NCBI GenBank assembly: GCA_965235115.1
Contig: OZ249436.1
Span: 4,962,001 to 5,026,000 of the forward strand
Direction of reading: 5' to 3'
Length of the DNA stretch: 64,000 nucleotides
Origin: Laetmonice hystrix
Taxonomy: Eukaryota
Both the position numbers and the translations under genes were made by a program. The notes under the pieces are model-generated. The model worked only from the letters and a program-made list of their open reading frames with translations, was not told where the DNA came from and did no database searches. Numbering within the stretch: position 1 is the first letter of the stretch; each line of letters starts with the position of its first letter. This document shows positions 28,401-39,651 of the stretch, piece after piece.

Positions 28401-29262
28401 GCACCCAAGCGAACACTACAGTGAGGCCGAACAGTACACTGTGGGGCCAAACAGTGTGGTAGGCCAACCAGTAGAGTGAGAAGTCCCTACATCTTACCCG
28501 TTGGCCTCTCGTAGCCATGCAAAAACTACAGTGAGGTAGTATAAATGAAAGGTACAGGCGGGGAGCATCTAATGTTAAAATCTGGAGAAGATACTCGAAT
28601 GTTAAGTGTAGGCCTACACATCACAACCATATATCTGTAGCGAACGTACGAGACCTATACGTTTGACAGTTATACATCTGGCCTAAGAATCATAATTTTA
28701 GGGGGCGTAGTTTCAATTCGACGGATCATTTTTCGCTTATCATTGCTTTAACCTGTCTCTCGCCTAAGAGCCACAGGTGCCTGCCAGCCCGGCCAGGTGT
28801 ACGTGGTGATTCCACCGTTGGCCGGAAGGCGGCAGTGCAGTCAGCCTCGCCGCCGCCGCTGCGCTGCACCCTGGTGTTTTCTGCCTGCAACATCTCTGTG
28901 TTATCCTTCTTTGTTTGTTTGTTACTTGGCGATGGGATATCTGATATAGAAAAGGCGTACAACGTCATTTGCCATTGTTAACTAAACCTTTACGGCAAAC
29001 AGTCATTAGGACGACCTCACAACGTTGTCGGACGCTTACAGATGGTCTGTAGGTGACACAGATTAGATTGGAGTAGATGATGGACCAAACGTATGGCCTG
29101 CCTCCTGGACAATAAAGGCATGGAAACATGAAACATGAGGCGTCCCTATAGGCTATACTACTGGCTACTCTTGTATACAAGCAAACGGTACAGGGAGGCC
29201 AAACAGTACAGGGAGGAATCGCTATGTACAAGGTATACTGGCTGGCCTAGCACCCAAGCGAA

Positions 29263-29408
29263 GACACCTTATGCTATGCGAATGGGTGCAGTAATCTTAG
29301 GGCCTGGGTTCGGTTCCTGTAGAGGACTATACAACTTTTCTCTTTAGGGACATTGTCAAAGTAATTGGGTTACCCCTGATGCCCGTGCATTTCAAAAGAA
29401 AAATACAG
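29263..29408 (+). mobile_element. 5'-truncated copy (about 145 bp) of the 334-bp element at the same target site
   Basis: ACACCTTATGC...AAAAGAAAAATACAG matches 16162-16306 with one substitution (GGTTCGGTTCC). It is followed by TGAGGCAGAAC, the same host position as the 17642 junction. Confidence 0.92.
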
Positions 29409-29666
29409 TGAGGCAGAACAGTACACTGTGGGGCCAAGCAGTGTGGGAGGCCAACAGTAGAGTGGGAAGTCCCTACATCTTACCGGTTGGCCTCTCGTAG
29501 CCATGCAAAAACTACAGTGAGGTAGTATAAATGAAAGGTACAGGCGAGGAGCATCTAATGTTAAAATCTGGAGAAGATACTCGAATGGGAAGCGGTACAC
29601 ATCACAACCATATATCTGTAGCGAACGTACGAGACCTTATAGGTTTGCCTTGTGTGGACAGGGCAT

Positions 29667-30356
29667 AAGGCCCGACAGTACATGTAGAGAGCCCTTACTG
29701 TAGTGTTTGCTCGAGTATGACGCCAGTCAATACATGTAGGGAGCCCTCACTGTACTGTTTGCTCCAGCCCAACCCAGTCATGACATAGAGGCAGCCCTTA
29801 CTGTAGTGTTTGCTGCAGTCTGAGGCTAGTCAATACATGTAGGGAGCCCTCACTGTAATGTTTGCTCCAGTCTAAAGCTAGCCAATATACGTAGAGAGCC
29901 CTCACTGTAGTGTTTGCTTAAGTATAAGGCCAGTCAATATATATGTAGGGAGCCCTCACTGTAGGGTTTGCTCTAGCCCAAGGGCAATTTCAATACATGT
30001 AGGGAGCCCTCATTGTAGTGTTTGCTAGAGTAGATCTATAAGGCCAGTCAGTACATCTGGTGAGCCCTCACTAGTGTTTGCTCAAGTATAAGGCCAGACA
30101 GTACATGTAGAGAGCCCTCACCTTAGTGTTTGCTCGAGTATAAGGCTAGTCAATAAATGGAGGGATCCCTCACTGTAGTGTTTGCTCCAGCCCAAGGGCG
30201 GTCACTACATGTAAGGAGCCCTCACTCTAGTCTTTGCTCGATTATAAGGCCAGTCAGTACATGTGGTGAGCCCTCACTGTAGTCTTTGCTCGAGTACAGT
30301 ACATGTTGGGAGCCCTCGCAGAGTGGTTGCTCGAGTATAAGGCCAGTCAATATTAT
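29667..30356. repeat. About 52-bp minisatellite, about 13 diverged copies; resumes at 35004-35058 after a transposon
   Basis: Consensus is approximately CATGTAGGGAGCCCTCACTGTAGTGTTTGCTCGAGTATAAGGCCAGTCAATA. One more unit follows the TIR element from 35011. Confidence 0.92.
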
Positions 30357-30591
30357 CATAGAACTGTACTGGGAGGGAAGACCAACTCTCTCTTTTTTCC
30401 GCTTGGGGCGCTAGTAGTCTTATGCGTTTGCAGCGCCCTCCAGTGGTTATGAGACCCGTAACGTCATCTGCCTTGGCCCAAGTGTAAACATGGGAAGGAC
30501 CGATCGTCTATTGTGTCCCTGGATGCACAAATTATCAAAATAGAGCAGGACGAAATGCAGGGAAGGTTAATTAGGAACTAATGCACTTTAA

Positions 30592-31816
30592 GGGTCGCTA
30601 CTTTTTGGCGCTAAAGAAGAACGTTCGCTGGTTGTCAAGGCCATATATATATGAAGGCCGCCAGGTGGCAAGTCAAAATATTCCAGAGGCATTTTAGGAC
30701 ATTTTTGAGGTCATTTTTGAATTCCTCGTGTGAAAGTATGGTTAATACGCAGTATTAACCTGGATTTGAATCAATAGTACGTACATTGCATGTGGAAGCT
30801 TTTCTCTGCTGCTGAAAATATGAGGTGAGAACAAGGCCTGCCGGAACTACTTGCAGCACTTGTTAGACTCTGTCTGTGGCCCACTGACTGTGTGCATGAA
30901 CCGAGCGACTTGTATGCTTGGTCTAAACTCTATTTTAATGACGTCACAAACGAAACGTATCTACTTAACCCAGAAAGACCTACATAAAAGTATATTTAAT
31001 TTGGTGGATCGACAAGCAAAATGTAAAATAGGGTTGTCTGACACACTTAGCTTTGGCTTAGCCTGGCTTAGGTTTAGGCTAGCTTAGCTTTGTGGCTTAG
31101 GACCTATGTTTAGACTAGGCCAATACTCGGTATACTAGATCTAGCGCTATATTATAGACGATCTAGTTGAGCAATAGAGCCAAGGCCTACACCTACAGAC
31201 ACTAGAAATAGAATGTAGACAGTGCATGGACGAGGATGTATTGTGTTAAAGTTTGCATTATGGTGGGGGAAATCCCCCACACCCCCTAGGCTAGGGCTAG
31301 GCTTTATTAACGATCAGAGAATAATTGTGTGGGGGAAATCCCCCACACCCCCTTTATTAACGATCAGGGAATGATTGCATCTAACTGTGTGGGGGAATTC
31401 CCCCACACCCCCTTTATTGAGAATGATTGCAGTATCTGGGTGGGGTAAATCCCCCACACCCCCTCCTATCAACCATACTATTAAGATATAGTTCCTAATC
31501 TGGCGTAGGAATATTATGATTTTTTTAAACGCCATCTTGGATTTAGCCGCAACGTCTTTCTCAGCAGTGGAAATGCATGTTCAACATACGAAATTAGGAT
31601 GTTTACGATTGATATGAAATAGTAGGTTAGTAAAGTAGTGTCTAAGAATCATGCAGGTAGAATTTGGTTGCATTGGCTGTAGTATAAATGTGATAAAATC
31701 TGGTTAGAAAAGTCGAATCGAGGATCGTCGGACAGGACAAGGGGCGGGGCTTGTTGCCAAGAAAAATTCCTATGGAACGTATGACGTGATGCAAGTTTTG
31801 GCGGGACCAGCGACCC
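30592..31816. mobile_element. TTAA-target non-autonomous element (Kolobok-like)
   Basis: TTAA(30588-30591)GGGTCGCT ... AGCGACCC TTAA(31817-31820). The TIR is only 8 bp. Confidence 0.6.
31264..31463. repeat. Four copies of a GTGGGGGAAATCCCCCACACCCCC hairpin motif
   Basis: The motif recurs at about 31264, 31329, 31389 and 31440 inside the TTAA element. Confidence 0.8.
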
Positions 31817-31820
31817 TTAA

Positions 31821-34094
31821 GGTTACACATGGGTGAAAAAAGTGACTTTTTTAATAATGAAGCTAGACCTTTGATATTATGTCCAAAACATCGACTTGTA
31901 ACAGGAACGAGAAAAAAGGGTGAAATTTTTCGCCATGGCAACAGTTGCCATGGTAACGGCGGCCATCTTGCTTTTTTCTGGACATTCTGACAGGCCTCCT
32001 TAGTCATCCATTAATTTTGCAACTATAATGAATTTTGATGTTATTTCTTTTTACATGGGTTTATAAGAGTCTACTGCACACAATAAGGTGTTTTTGATTT
32101 ATACATTTAAAAGAAAAAATATTCTTTTAACAGCTTTTTCATCAAATTTCAGTTTTTTCAATTTTTTTTTCACATTTTAATGGGTTCCTCCTCTGAAATT
32201 ATTGGACTTATCAAAAAGCTAACCCCCTTATTGTGTAGAGCAGGTTTTTATTTATATGTCTGCCAAATTTCATGTCTTTAGGATGATTATTAAAAAAATT
32301 AATGGATGACTAAGAAGAGCAGATACACCGAAAAGTGGTTTTGAGAAAAACAGCTTTAAAGTTAGGGCTTTGGTATGGTACATAATATCCCCACTTCCAA
32401 TAGATCCAATAGTATTTTTTGGATATTTCATGGATAAAACTATATATTTAATTAATGTAAGTTATTTTCCTACTCATATATATATAGTACTTATTCTCGG
32501 GCGGGGCCTCGGAAAATTACTAACCCCAATTTGACCTAATTACAGTCAACTTAAAATAGGTCAACCAATGGTTTGCTAAAATGGATTTGTTAAAAAGGGG
32601 TCTTTTGACCTGCAGCAAATTTCACATTACCAAACAATGTAAATAATATTCAGAACAGTCACCTCTGTATGATTTATGAGTTTTAAATACGCTGCACTCA
32701 ATGACCCCAAGAAATTACTGTACTTTGAAAAGATTTCACACCAATGAACACCAGACAAATTATCCAACCAGGCAACCTATACTAGGCTATAGTAGCCTAC
32801 AGAGGGGTAAGGTCTTGGTGGGTTCAATTTGCTTAGAGTTACTTAGAGAAAAAGTGTCTAGAACAAGTCTAGTGTGATGCTGAACCATCACGCCAACACA
32901 GTAATGGCTTACCATAGGTGTCGGAAGATAAATTTCCCCCGGGCGGGTAGGGGGTGGTTGTTAGCCAACTTTAGGGGAAGAATTTGCTACGGGATGGTTG
33001 AACAACGTCAGTTCAGAAAATTCTATGGAGAAAAAAGGAAATTGGTTGCCAAAAGGGGTTTAGACCCCCGAACGGCCCCACCCCCCACCCCCCGGATCCG
33101 CCACAGCCTGGCCGGGGGCAAGGGTGAAGGGGGGGGGGGGGGCCGGGGCTACCACTGCCTGGTTACTGGTAGGCTACCCGCCTTGGCTCTGGCCCACACA
33201 ATGTCAAAATAGGCTGCCAGGCATGGCATAGTGCATTTCAGAGGAGGGGGGCTTCAGCCCCCCCCCTGCTTGGATGACAAGGGGGGCAGCCCCCCCCCCC
33301 CCTCGCCGGCGGGTCCAACGCCTCTGTTTTCGTTTGTGCCAGGTGCCACCGTATGTTACCATGGTGATGGTACCATCGACTGGTCGGATCTAGCTCCCTG
33401 TACATTCGACTAACCGTTGCAGCTGCAGCATTTGAAACCATGCTTGGTCCCGTGCTTGGTAGCAACCATTTTGACAGCTATACAGGTGTCTGCTTCCCCC
33501 TGTGAACAAGTTTTAGACCTAACCGGAGTCGTAAACAGACCGGTGACAGAAACAAGGCCGGAAGTTCACCCGAGTGGCCTGTGATCCATTCGGGCCCACT
33601 CGGCACCGGCTGAAGCCCATTGTGACGCTACTGCGCATGCTCATCCTTATGCAAATAAGGTCCATGACCTAGTTCTGTCACGTGATACCCTTATTTGGGA
33701 GTTCTCGGGATTTCCAGTCATCAGACTCCATCAGAAAAAAGCGGGAATGGAAAGTGGGTGGAGCTAGTATTCCATATATGGTTATGCTTGTAAAGAAGCC
33801 ATCAAGATTCCGATTCCAACGGTATACAACACACGTCGGTCGGGCGTGTGCAGTACTGTCTAGCAGTTGACCAAATAGGCCTAATTTGTAGCAATAAATC
33901 GTTGGAATTTTCATTTTAGAACAAAAGCTGGGGTGGTTGTGTTTACTAAGTACTCTTTTTCTATATTTTAAAACCAACTTTGAGGAAAACGGCTTTGGGA
34001 AGTGATTGACAACATGTGTGGCTATGAGAATATGTCACTCGAAAAAAATCGATGTTTTGACCATATTTTGACATTTCTACACCCGTGTGTAACC
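31821..34094. mobile_element. TTAA-target non-autonomous element (Kolobok-like)
   Basis: TTAA GGTTACACATGGGTG ... CACCCGTGTGTAACC TTAA(34095-34098). A subterminal CAAAACATCGA is mirrored at both ends. Confidence 0.8.
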
Positions 34095-35591
34095 TTAAAG
34101 TGCATTCTACCCGTTAATTAATTACTGCAGTAGACTTATCTAGCCCGCACAGACAAACTTATGCATTTCAAACGACTGACACCGAATTATGCACTTGCGC
34201 CAGTTCAAGCGGGCTTGGCCGCAAGGCTTGGGTCAACCCCCAATAAGAACGGCCCATTAGAAAAACTAAATCACAACAATAATTTTAGAATCTATCCATG
34301 CCGGATTTTAGAGTAATCCTCGATCTATAAATGTATATGGCATTCACATCTGTTACTTAATCTTTTCAAAATTTACCCCAAAAACCTGTCAGATTACGAG
34401 GGTACGAAATTGTAACGTCACAAACTTTGCCGATCTCCGGCTATGACAGTGCTTGGATTGAGAAAGGAGGGACCTTGCTAAACCATTCTAAGTCTATGAC
34501 ATTGTTTGGTTCAATATTCTATCCCTTTATATCACGTTTCGACGTCCTTCCTTGTGTATTTTAGTAGTTAGGTGCGTTTCAACTGCCGAAGCGAAGCGCC
34601 GTCCGCCATTTTATTTAGGGCCCGTTATGATCACATTCCATTGTGACCCATTGTGACGTAGCGCTATTGTGCATTGTTCCTGACGTCGCTGATTGGGTCT
34701 CTCAATCACGGAGTGGACAGGGCCCAGTAAAATCGATTTTTAAAATATCTACGAGTTTGCTGGGGCACCTAGATTTTGTCCAAGCCTTTGCTACATTCTG
34801 CTCCACTGCCTATACACGTTATCCATAATCAAGTTGATGTTTAAATCCAAGAGAGTCTAGGCCTAATGTCGCCGTCCTATGCCGAGCGTTGCACCCGAGC
34901 ACCGGTCTCATAACCACATGGGGGCGCTGCGAACGACCCTACATATTTGAGCGATAACTGGGGCAGGAAAGAGAGTTGGCCTTCCCTCCAGTACAGTTCT
35001 ATGATATTATGTAGGGAGCCCTCACTGTAGTGTTTGCTTCAGTCTAAGCTCAGTCAATTCTGCCCCTAGGGAAAAACGGGGAAAACGAAATATCACTATC
35101 GATAGGCAGATTTAAAAATTTAGATTCAGATTTAAGGTACTTGGATGGGAAATATAATACGTAACCTGACGTATACAACTGCAGTCATCCAGTGGGCCCG
35201 GTTTTTTAGTTGAGCTCGAGTCAAACTGGAGACGAAAAGTTCGTCTCAAGGTCACGGCCCTATGAGTCACGCAACAAGACTGTTACATAATCAATTGATT
35301 CTACTTAAAACATAACACAAACGCAGAATATGTAAAAAAAAAACTAAATAGCATTTATTAATTTAGATAAGGTTTATTTGTGCACTCATAGAGAAAGACT
35401 ATCCTAAGATAAAACAGAGCCACTTCTCTGTGTCCTGTGTCTCGTTCACGTCCAGACGTATCTCCTGCTTGGATACTAACAACTACATGAACTCTCGATT
35501 AAAACAAGCAAGCAAACTATTCTACCCATGTATCAACTCATCTTATTACTGTAATACGGCAAGTCTTTCAACACATCCTTCGGGGGTCTTG

Positions 35592-35698
35592 CCCGGTTCT
35601 CATTCCAAATCCCGCCCCTAGGAGTCTCTGATGGGTCAATGAACTTATGAAGCGACCATCAGAGACACCTAGGAGTGGAATTGGGAATGAGAACTGGG
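35592..35698. repeat. About 107-bp palindromic (MITE-like) element
   Basis: CCCGGTTCTCATTCC..CCTAGGAGTCTCTGATGG pairs with CCATCAGAGACACCTAGG..GGAATGAGAACTGGG. Confidence 0.7.
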
Positions 35699-36500
35699 TT
35701 ATCGAGAACACAGATCGATCTCATACGGTCAGGTAAACCATACGATTCAGAATGAGAAAATTAAAGCTTAGAACTTGTTAGTTTATCATTAACATGATCA
35801 TAATACTGCATCGATCCCGTATATATTGTTCCCGGGTACTTAATTCTACAGTTAACATGACATTTGTGATCAGATCTATAGTGTATACTTCATACATGTA
35901 TTTGCAGCACCTAGTTTCCTAATAAAGATTCAGACTCAACCCAAATGGAACATTGTAATTGTGGTAGGAATATAAAATCACATATAGGCCCCTTGCCATT
36001 AAAACGTGATGAGTTTAGGACTTAAACACAAGTGAAAACACTCTACTTGATGACAAACCTACCACAGCCTACTGAGAAACAGGTGCTCCCATTCACCCCG
36101 CAACACTGGGACACCTAAACATGGCTGGTGCACACTGTAACCTGTAAAAGGCATAACACTACAATACTGGGCAGTGGATTGGAATGACCGTGTTTCTTCC
36201 AATGTGGAAACATTCAACCTCCACAGGTAAAGCCTCAATGTAAGGACGTATTCAGCAGAAGTCAACCATGAACGAGGACAATAAAAGCTATTTCTAAATT
36301 TCTGACTCTGAAATAGACAGACGTTACGGATGGTTCAACATTTTCTGTAGAGAGCATCCCCGGTACTCCTTCCCATGACCTCTCAAGACCTCTCATGACC
36401 TCCCACAAAGAGAACTGAAGAAATGTTTGTTTCTCGGATAACGAAATACAATTTTTAATAGTTTTTATTGGCGTTAAAAACCCACTGTAAAGTTTGTTAA

Positions 36501-36840
36501 AGGTGCTATTCGTGGAAAAAAGTTCAATTTTTTAAATTTTAATTTTGTTGACGTTTATGTGATCTCACCTATCATGGAAATAGATTCACAACAAAGGGAA
36601 TCAAATTTTTTCATAGATAACGGCACAAATGGGGCTCTCTCAGAAGGCCTGTGGAGACCCTGACACGCCCCACCATAGGAAATGGCTCTATCTCGGTGCG
36701 CACCGAGATAGGTTTCAAATGCTGCACACAAACTAATAGAAGGTTTATCAGGCCAATGGTATCGGTAGGAATTTCTTCTAGTACTATGTGCACAATGTAT
36801 GATAGGAGAAATGCCATTCTGATCGAGACGAATAGCACCT
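36501..36840. mobile_element. 340-bp MITE with TTAA TSD (Kolobok-like)
   Basis: TTAA AGGTGCTATTCGT ... ACGAATAGCACCT TTAA, a perfect 13-bp TIR. Confidence 0.85.
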
Positions 36841-37019
36841 TTAACACAAGACCCACTCGGAGTTACAACCCTCAACTGGGTATGAACCAATTATCTGTGG
36901 GTCGTACGTATGGATGGATGGAAATATGGACATACGGACGTAGGTCAAATGAGAAGCTCACACCCCTTCGGGTTGGTGGATAAAAAAGGTTGAACCACCC
37001 AAAACAGTCCAGTTACAAT

Positions 37020-37520
37020 CAGGGCTTGCCAAATTTGATTGAAAGGTGGTTGCCCGGTGGGCTACCAATGATAACAACCTGGTTGCCCAACAATGACTGG
37101 TCGTTGCCCGGCACTGTAGGGCACGAAATAGCGGCATTTGGTGACATTTGGTAGGCTACATTTTAAAAGCACAGCAGACAGGCATTTTTGCACGTACATG
37201 TATACATGTGAAATTAATTTCTTCCCCAGGCAAACAGGAAGGCGAATCTCTCAAACAGTCAAGTCATTAAAGTCAAACAGTTTCCAAGGTTGCAGGAGTT
37301 GATGGAGGCTCAGAGTCTACAGCCAACACCGCAGCTAGGCACACTGTTTGGTAATCATCCAGGTGCCTGTTCCCTCATTCAGCTATACATTTATGCTCAG
37401 TGCCAGTGACTGCTTCTTACAGACCAGTTGCCCGCCAGGCTTTACCTAGACAAGTGCTGGTAGCCCGACACTTCAAAGTGGTTGTCCCAGGCGTCCGGGC
37501 AGACGATTTGGCAAGCCCTG
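37020..37520. mobile_element. 501-bp MITE with CAGGG termini (hAT-like) and a 5-bp TSD
   Basis: CAGGGCTTGCCAAAT ... ATTTGGCAAGCCCTG (15-bp TIR), flanked by ACAAT on both sides. Confidence 0.8.
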
Positions 37521-37758
37521 ACAATACTGTAGTTAAGAACCATTGTGTCTTTCTTTCTAATGATATTAGATTATGTACATGTATAATATGTATACAGTAA
37601 CGTATGTACATGTATAATATTCCAAAGACTACGTCTATGAATATTCACGGTGATCGTACACATGTACCTTGTCCTTTCTTACATTTTATTTTCTATCTAC
37701 CTGAGCATACAACACTATCTAGGAATATTTCCCAGCTATTGTTTTAAATGTCATTGAA

Positions 37759-39651
37759 TCAGTGAAGATCCATAGCATTGAAGGTCAGCGTACAACAGAG
37801 TGGCCGATTTACATGTTCTGGGTAGCTGGTCATCTCTGTCTGTGCCTCAGCTGACGAGTACTGCCACCGATTTCTGGCAACAAGTGGGTCATAGCACACA
37901 CACGCCCTCTCCTGGCAAGGACGTACACCATCGACAGCCGCACTTTTCCCATTAATGAAATAGATCTTGTTGTCAACGGCCACTACTGTGGCGCCACCTG
38001 GCAGTTTCTCATGTAGTTTGTGTTTCTCCCAGTGAAAGTTCACGGGGTCATACGTCACAATAGACTGCCCTGATCGAGGTACAATGTACACCATTTTCTG
38101 TGGTTGCCAGACAATTGGCCAGAGTGGCTTTTTCTGTCCAAATAACTCCATCATAGTGTGCCCTGCCATGGCGATTTTCATTGGGATGTGTGGGTGCCAC
38201 TTGTTAGTGACAGGATCATAACTTTGTACATCTTTAGATGTTTTAAGGTTGCCACTGTTGTCCCAGTAGTTGCCACCAGACACAAGAATAACATTCTCAG
38301 TGACAACTGCACTCAGAGCTGCCAGTTTCTGCTCCATTCTTGTCACCACCTTCCATTCGTCCTCAGCAAAATTGTATCGCTCAACAGCATTTGTGAACTC
38401 GGCATTGCGGACTTCACCTCCCAAGGCATAGACGTGGTTGTCATAAGTAACAAGTGCAAAATCTGCCCGTGGGAAGTTCATGGATGCCAGTCGACCCCAC
38501 TTATGTGACCGGGGATCAAAAATGTGGCAGGCGCTGGTGGCAAGGCCAACTGATGAAGTTTTAAACCCACCACAGACAACCATGAAGTTATTGACAACTG
38601 CCACTGAGGCATGATGGAAACTGAACTCTGTGGGTACGTGGCATTTTGCTCGAGTTCGACCCTTGGCTATAGGCTTCCACTCATGGCCCTGGTATATGAA
38701 CATAGAACTACTTCTTCTCTCTGGGTAGAACTGCTGCTCTGGTTCAAGGCGTCCAGACAGACTCACAATCACTTTCTCCCCACGAACTCTCGTCCATTCA
38801 GTATTGTTAAGCACCCTCTCATACAACGGTTTCTTTTTGTACTCCAAGGCCTTTTCCACAATTTCACGGCAGGCAGGATCCCCTCCTAAGAAAGCCCGAT
38901 TTTTCAACAATTCATTAAGTTTGCCAAGAGTCATCAGTGGGAGTCGGATCACGCTGAGAGCCTGTTTGACTTCAGACTGTCGCCGTACAGGGTCTTCATC
39001 CAGCCAGCTCTTCACCAGACCCAGGAGGTAGTCCTCTGGCTGATGTAGAGTCCCTTGGGACAAAACATACCGGAGGGCTTCAATACTGAGCCTCAGAAAA
39101 TGTCCTTCCTCGACCACTGTATCTAGGTTCTCTGTGAGACAATCCACAACCTGTTGGTCTAACTTGACACGTTCTGACTGCAAGTGATACATGAAGACAA
39201 GGTTAAGGACATCGACACAGTTATCAACGTCCACCGCATCTTCAAGGAACCCCATGCAGGTCTCAGTGACCACTGTCACCTGGAGATGGGAGGCAGCTGC
39301 CAGAACATCAAGGATGTTTTCTCGTGTCAATCCCAGAGGTTTCTCTGTGTAAAAGTACTCCAGGAGAGGCTCCAGGCCCGCTGCTGTCACACCCTTTAAC
39401 TCCACACTATCCTCACGGCTCTCCTGCATGCTCCCCTCGAACATCACTCGGAAGAAATCACTCACCGCTGCCATGATAACACGATGAACTTTGAAGGATT
39501 TATCCTCTACAATGATCGTGTAATCGAGAAGTGCACTGTTTGTCCACAGAGTTTGGATACCCCCGAGAAGACACTTCCCCAAACGTGCTATCTTGTGATG
39601 GCGTTCCTCCATCTCCCAGAAATCATCCATCTCAGAGCGTGGCACTGCCAT
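37759..39651 (-). CDS. Kelch-like protein (BTB-BACK-Kelch repeats), 630 aa, CDS in a single exon
   Basis: BTB motif (DYTIIVEDKSFKVHRVIMAAVSDFFRVMF), BACK region (VDNCVDVL...WLDEDPVRR..IRLPLM), and Kelch repeats with GG and W (VYALGGE...VERYNFAEDEW; LVSGGN...SYDPVTNKW). A splice acceptor lies just upstream of the ATG. Confidence 0.93.
   Translation of the reverse strand: MAVPRSEMDDFWEMEERHHKIARLGKCLLGGIQTLWTNSALLDYTIIVEDKSFKVHRVIMAAVSDFFRVMFEGSMQESREDSVELKGVTAAGLEPLLEYFYTEKPLGLTRENILDVLAAASHLQVTVVTETCMGFLEDAVDVDNCVDVLNLVFMYHLQSERVKLDQQVVDCLTENLDTVVEEGHFLRLSIEALRYVLSQGTLHQPEDYLLGLVKSWLDEDPVRRQSEVKQALSVIRLPLMTLGKLNELLKNRAFLGGDPACREIVEKALEYKKKPLYERVLNNTEWTRVRGEKVIVSLSGRLEPEQQFYPERRSSSMFIYQGHEWKPIAKGRTRAKCHVPTEFSFHHASVAVVNNFMVVCGGFKTSSVGLATSACHIFDPRSHKWGRLASMNFPRADFALVTYDNHVYALGGEVRNAEFTNAVERYNFAEDEWKVVTRMEQKLAALSAVVTENVILVSGGNYWDNSGNLKTSKDVQSYDPVTNKWHPHIPMKIAMAGHTMMELFGQKKPLWPIVWQPQKMVYIVPRSGQSIVTYDPVNFHWEKHKLHEKLPGGATVVAVDNKIYFINGKSAAVDGVRPCQERACVCYDPLVARNRWQYSSAEAQTEMTSYPEHVNRPLCCTLTFNAMDLH

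Larger units (their letters stand above)
1..29647. repeat. Tandem array (macrosatellite) of about 34 units of an 828/830-bp repeat; runs off the left edge of the window
   Basis: The ORF track recurs every 828-831 bp (649, 1479, 2307, 3137 ... 28726). Units are near-identical up to about 19 kb and diverge progressively towards 29.6 kb. The array is interrupted at 16101-17642 and about 29263-29408. Confidence 0.98.
30357..35003. mobile_element. Non-autonomous TIR DNA transposon, P-element-like (CATAG...CTATG, 7-bp TSD), carrying nested insertions
   Basis: Left end CATAGAACTGTACTGGGAGGGAAGACCAACTCTCT mirrors right end AGAGAGTTGGCCTTCCCTCCAGTACAGTTCTATG. A subterminal GCAGCGCCC..GTGGTTATGAGACC is also mirrored. 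TSD ATATTAT at 30350-30356 and 35004-35010. No transposase ORF seen. Confidence 0.85.

Noticed and set aside
154..29231. Repeated 80-, 97- and 133-aa ORFs in the 828-bp units as genes
   Set aside because: There is no recognisable domain, some units have frame-breaking indels (B', 26558, 27057), and the 97-aa ORF overlies decayed minisatellite sequence. Their recurrence only reflects the repeat.
31047..31101. Telomere-like TTAGG repeats
   Set aside because: A short, irregular low-complexity tract inside a transposon.
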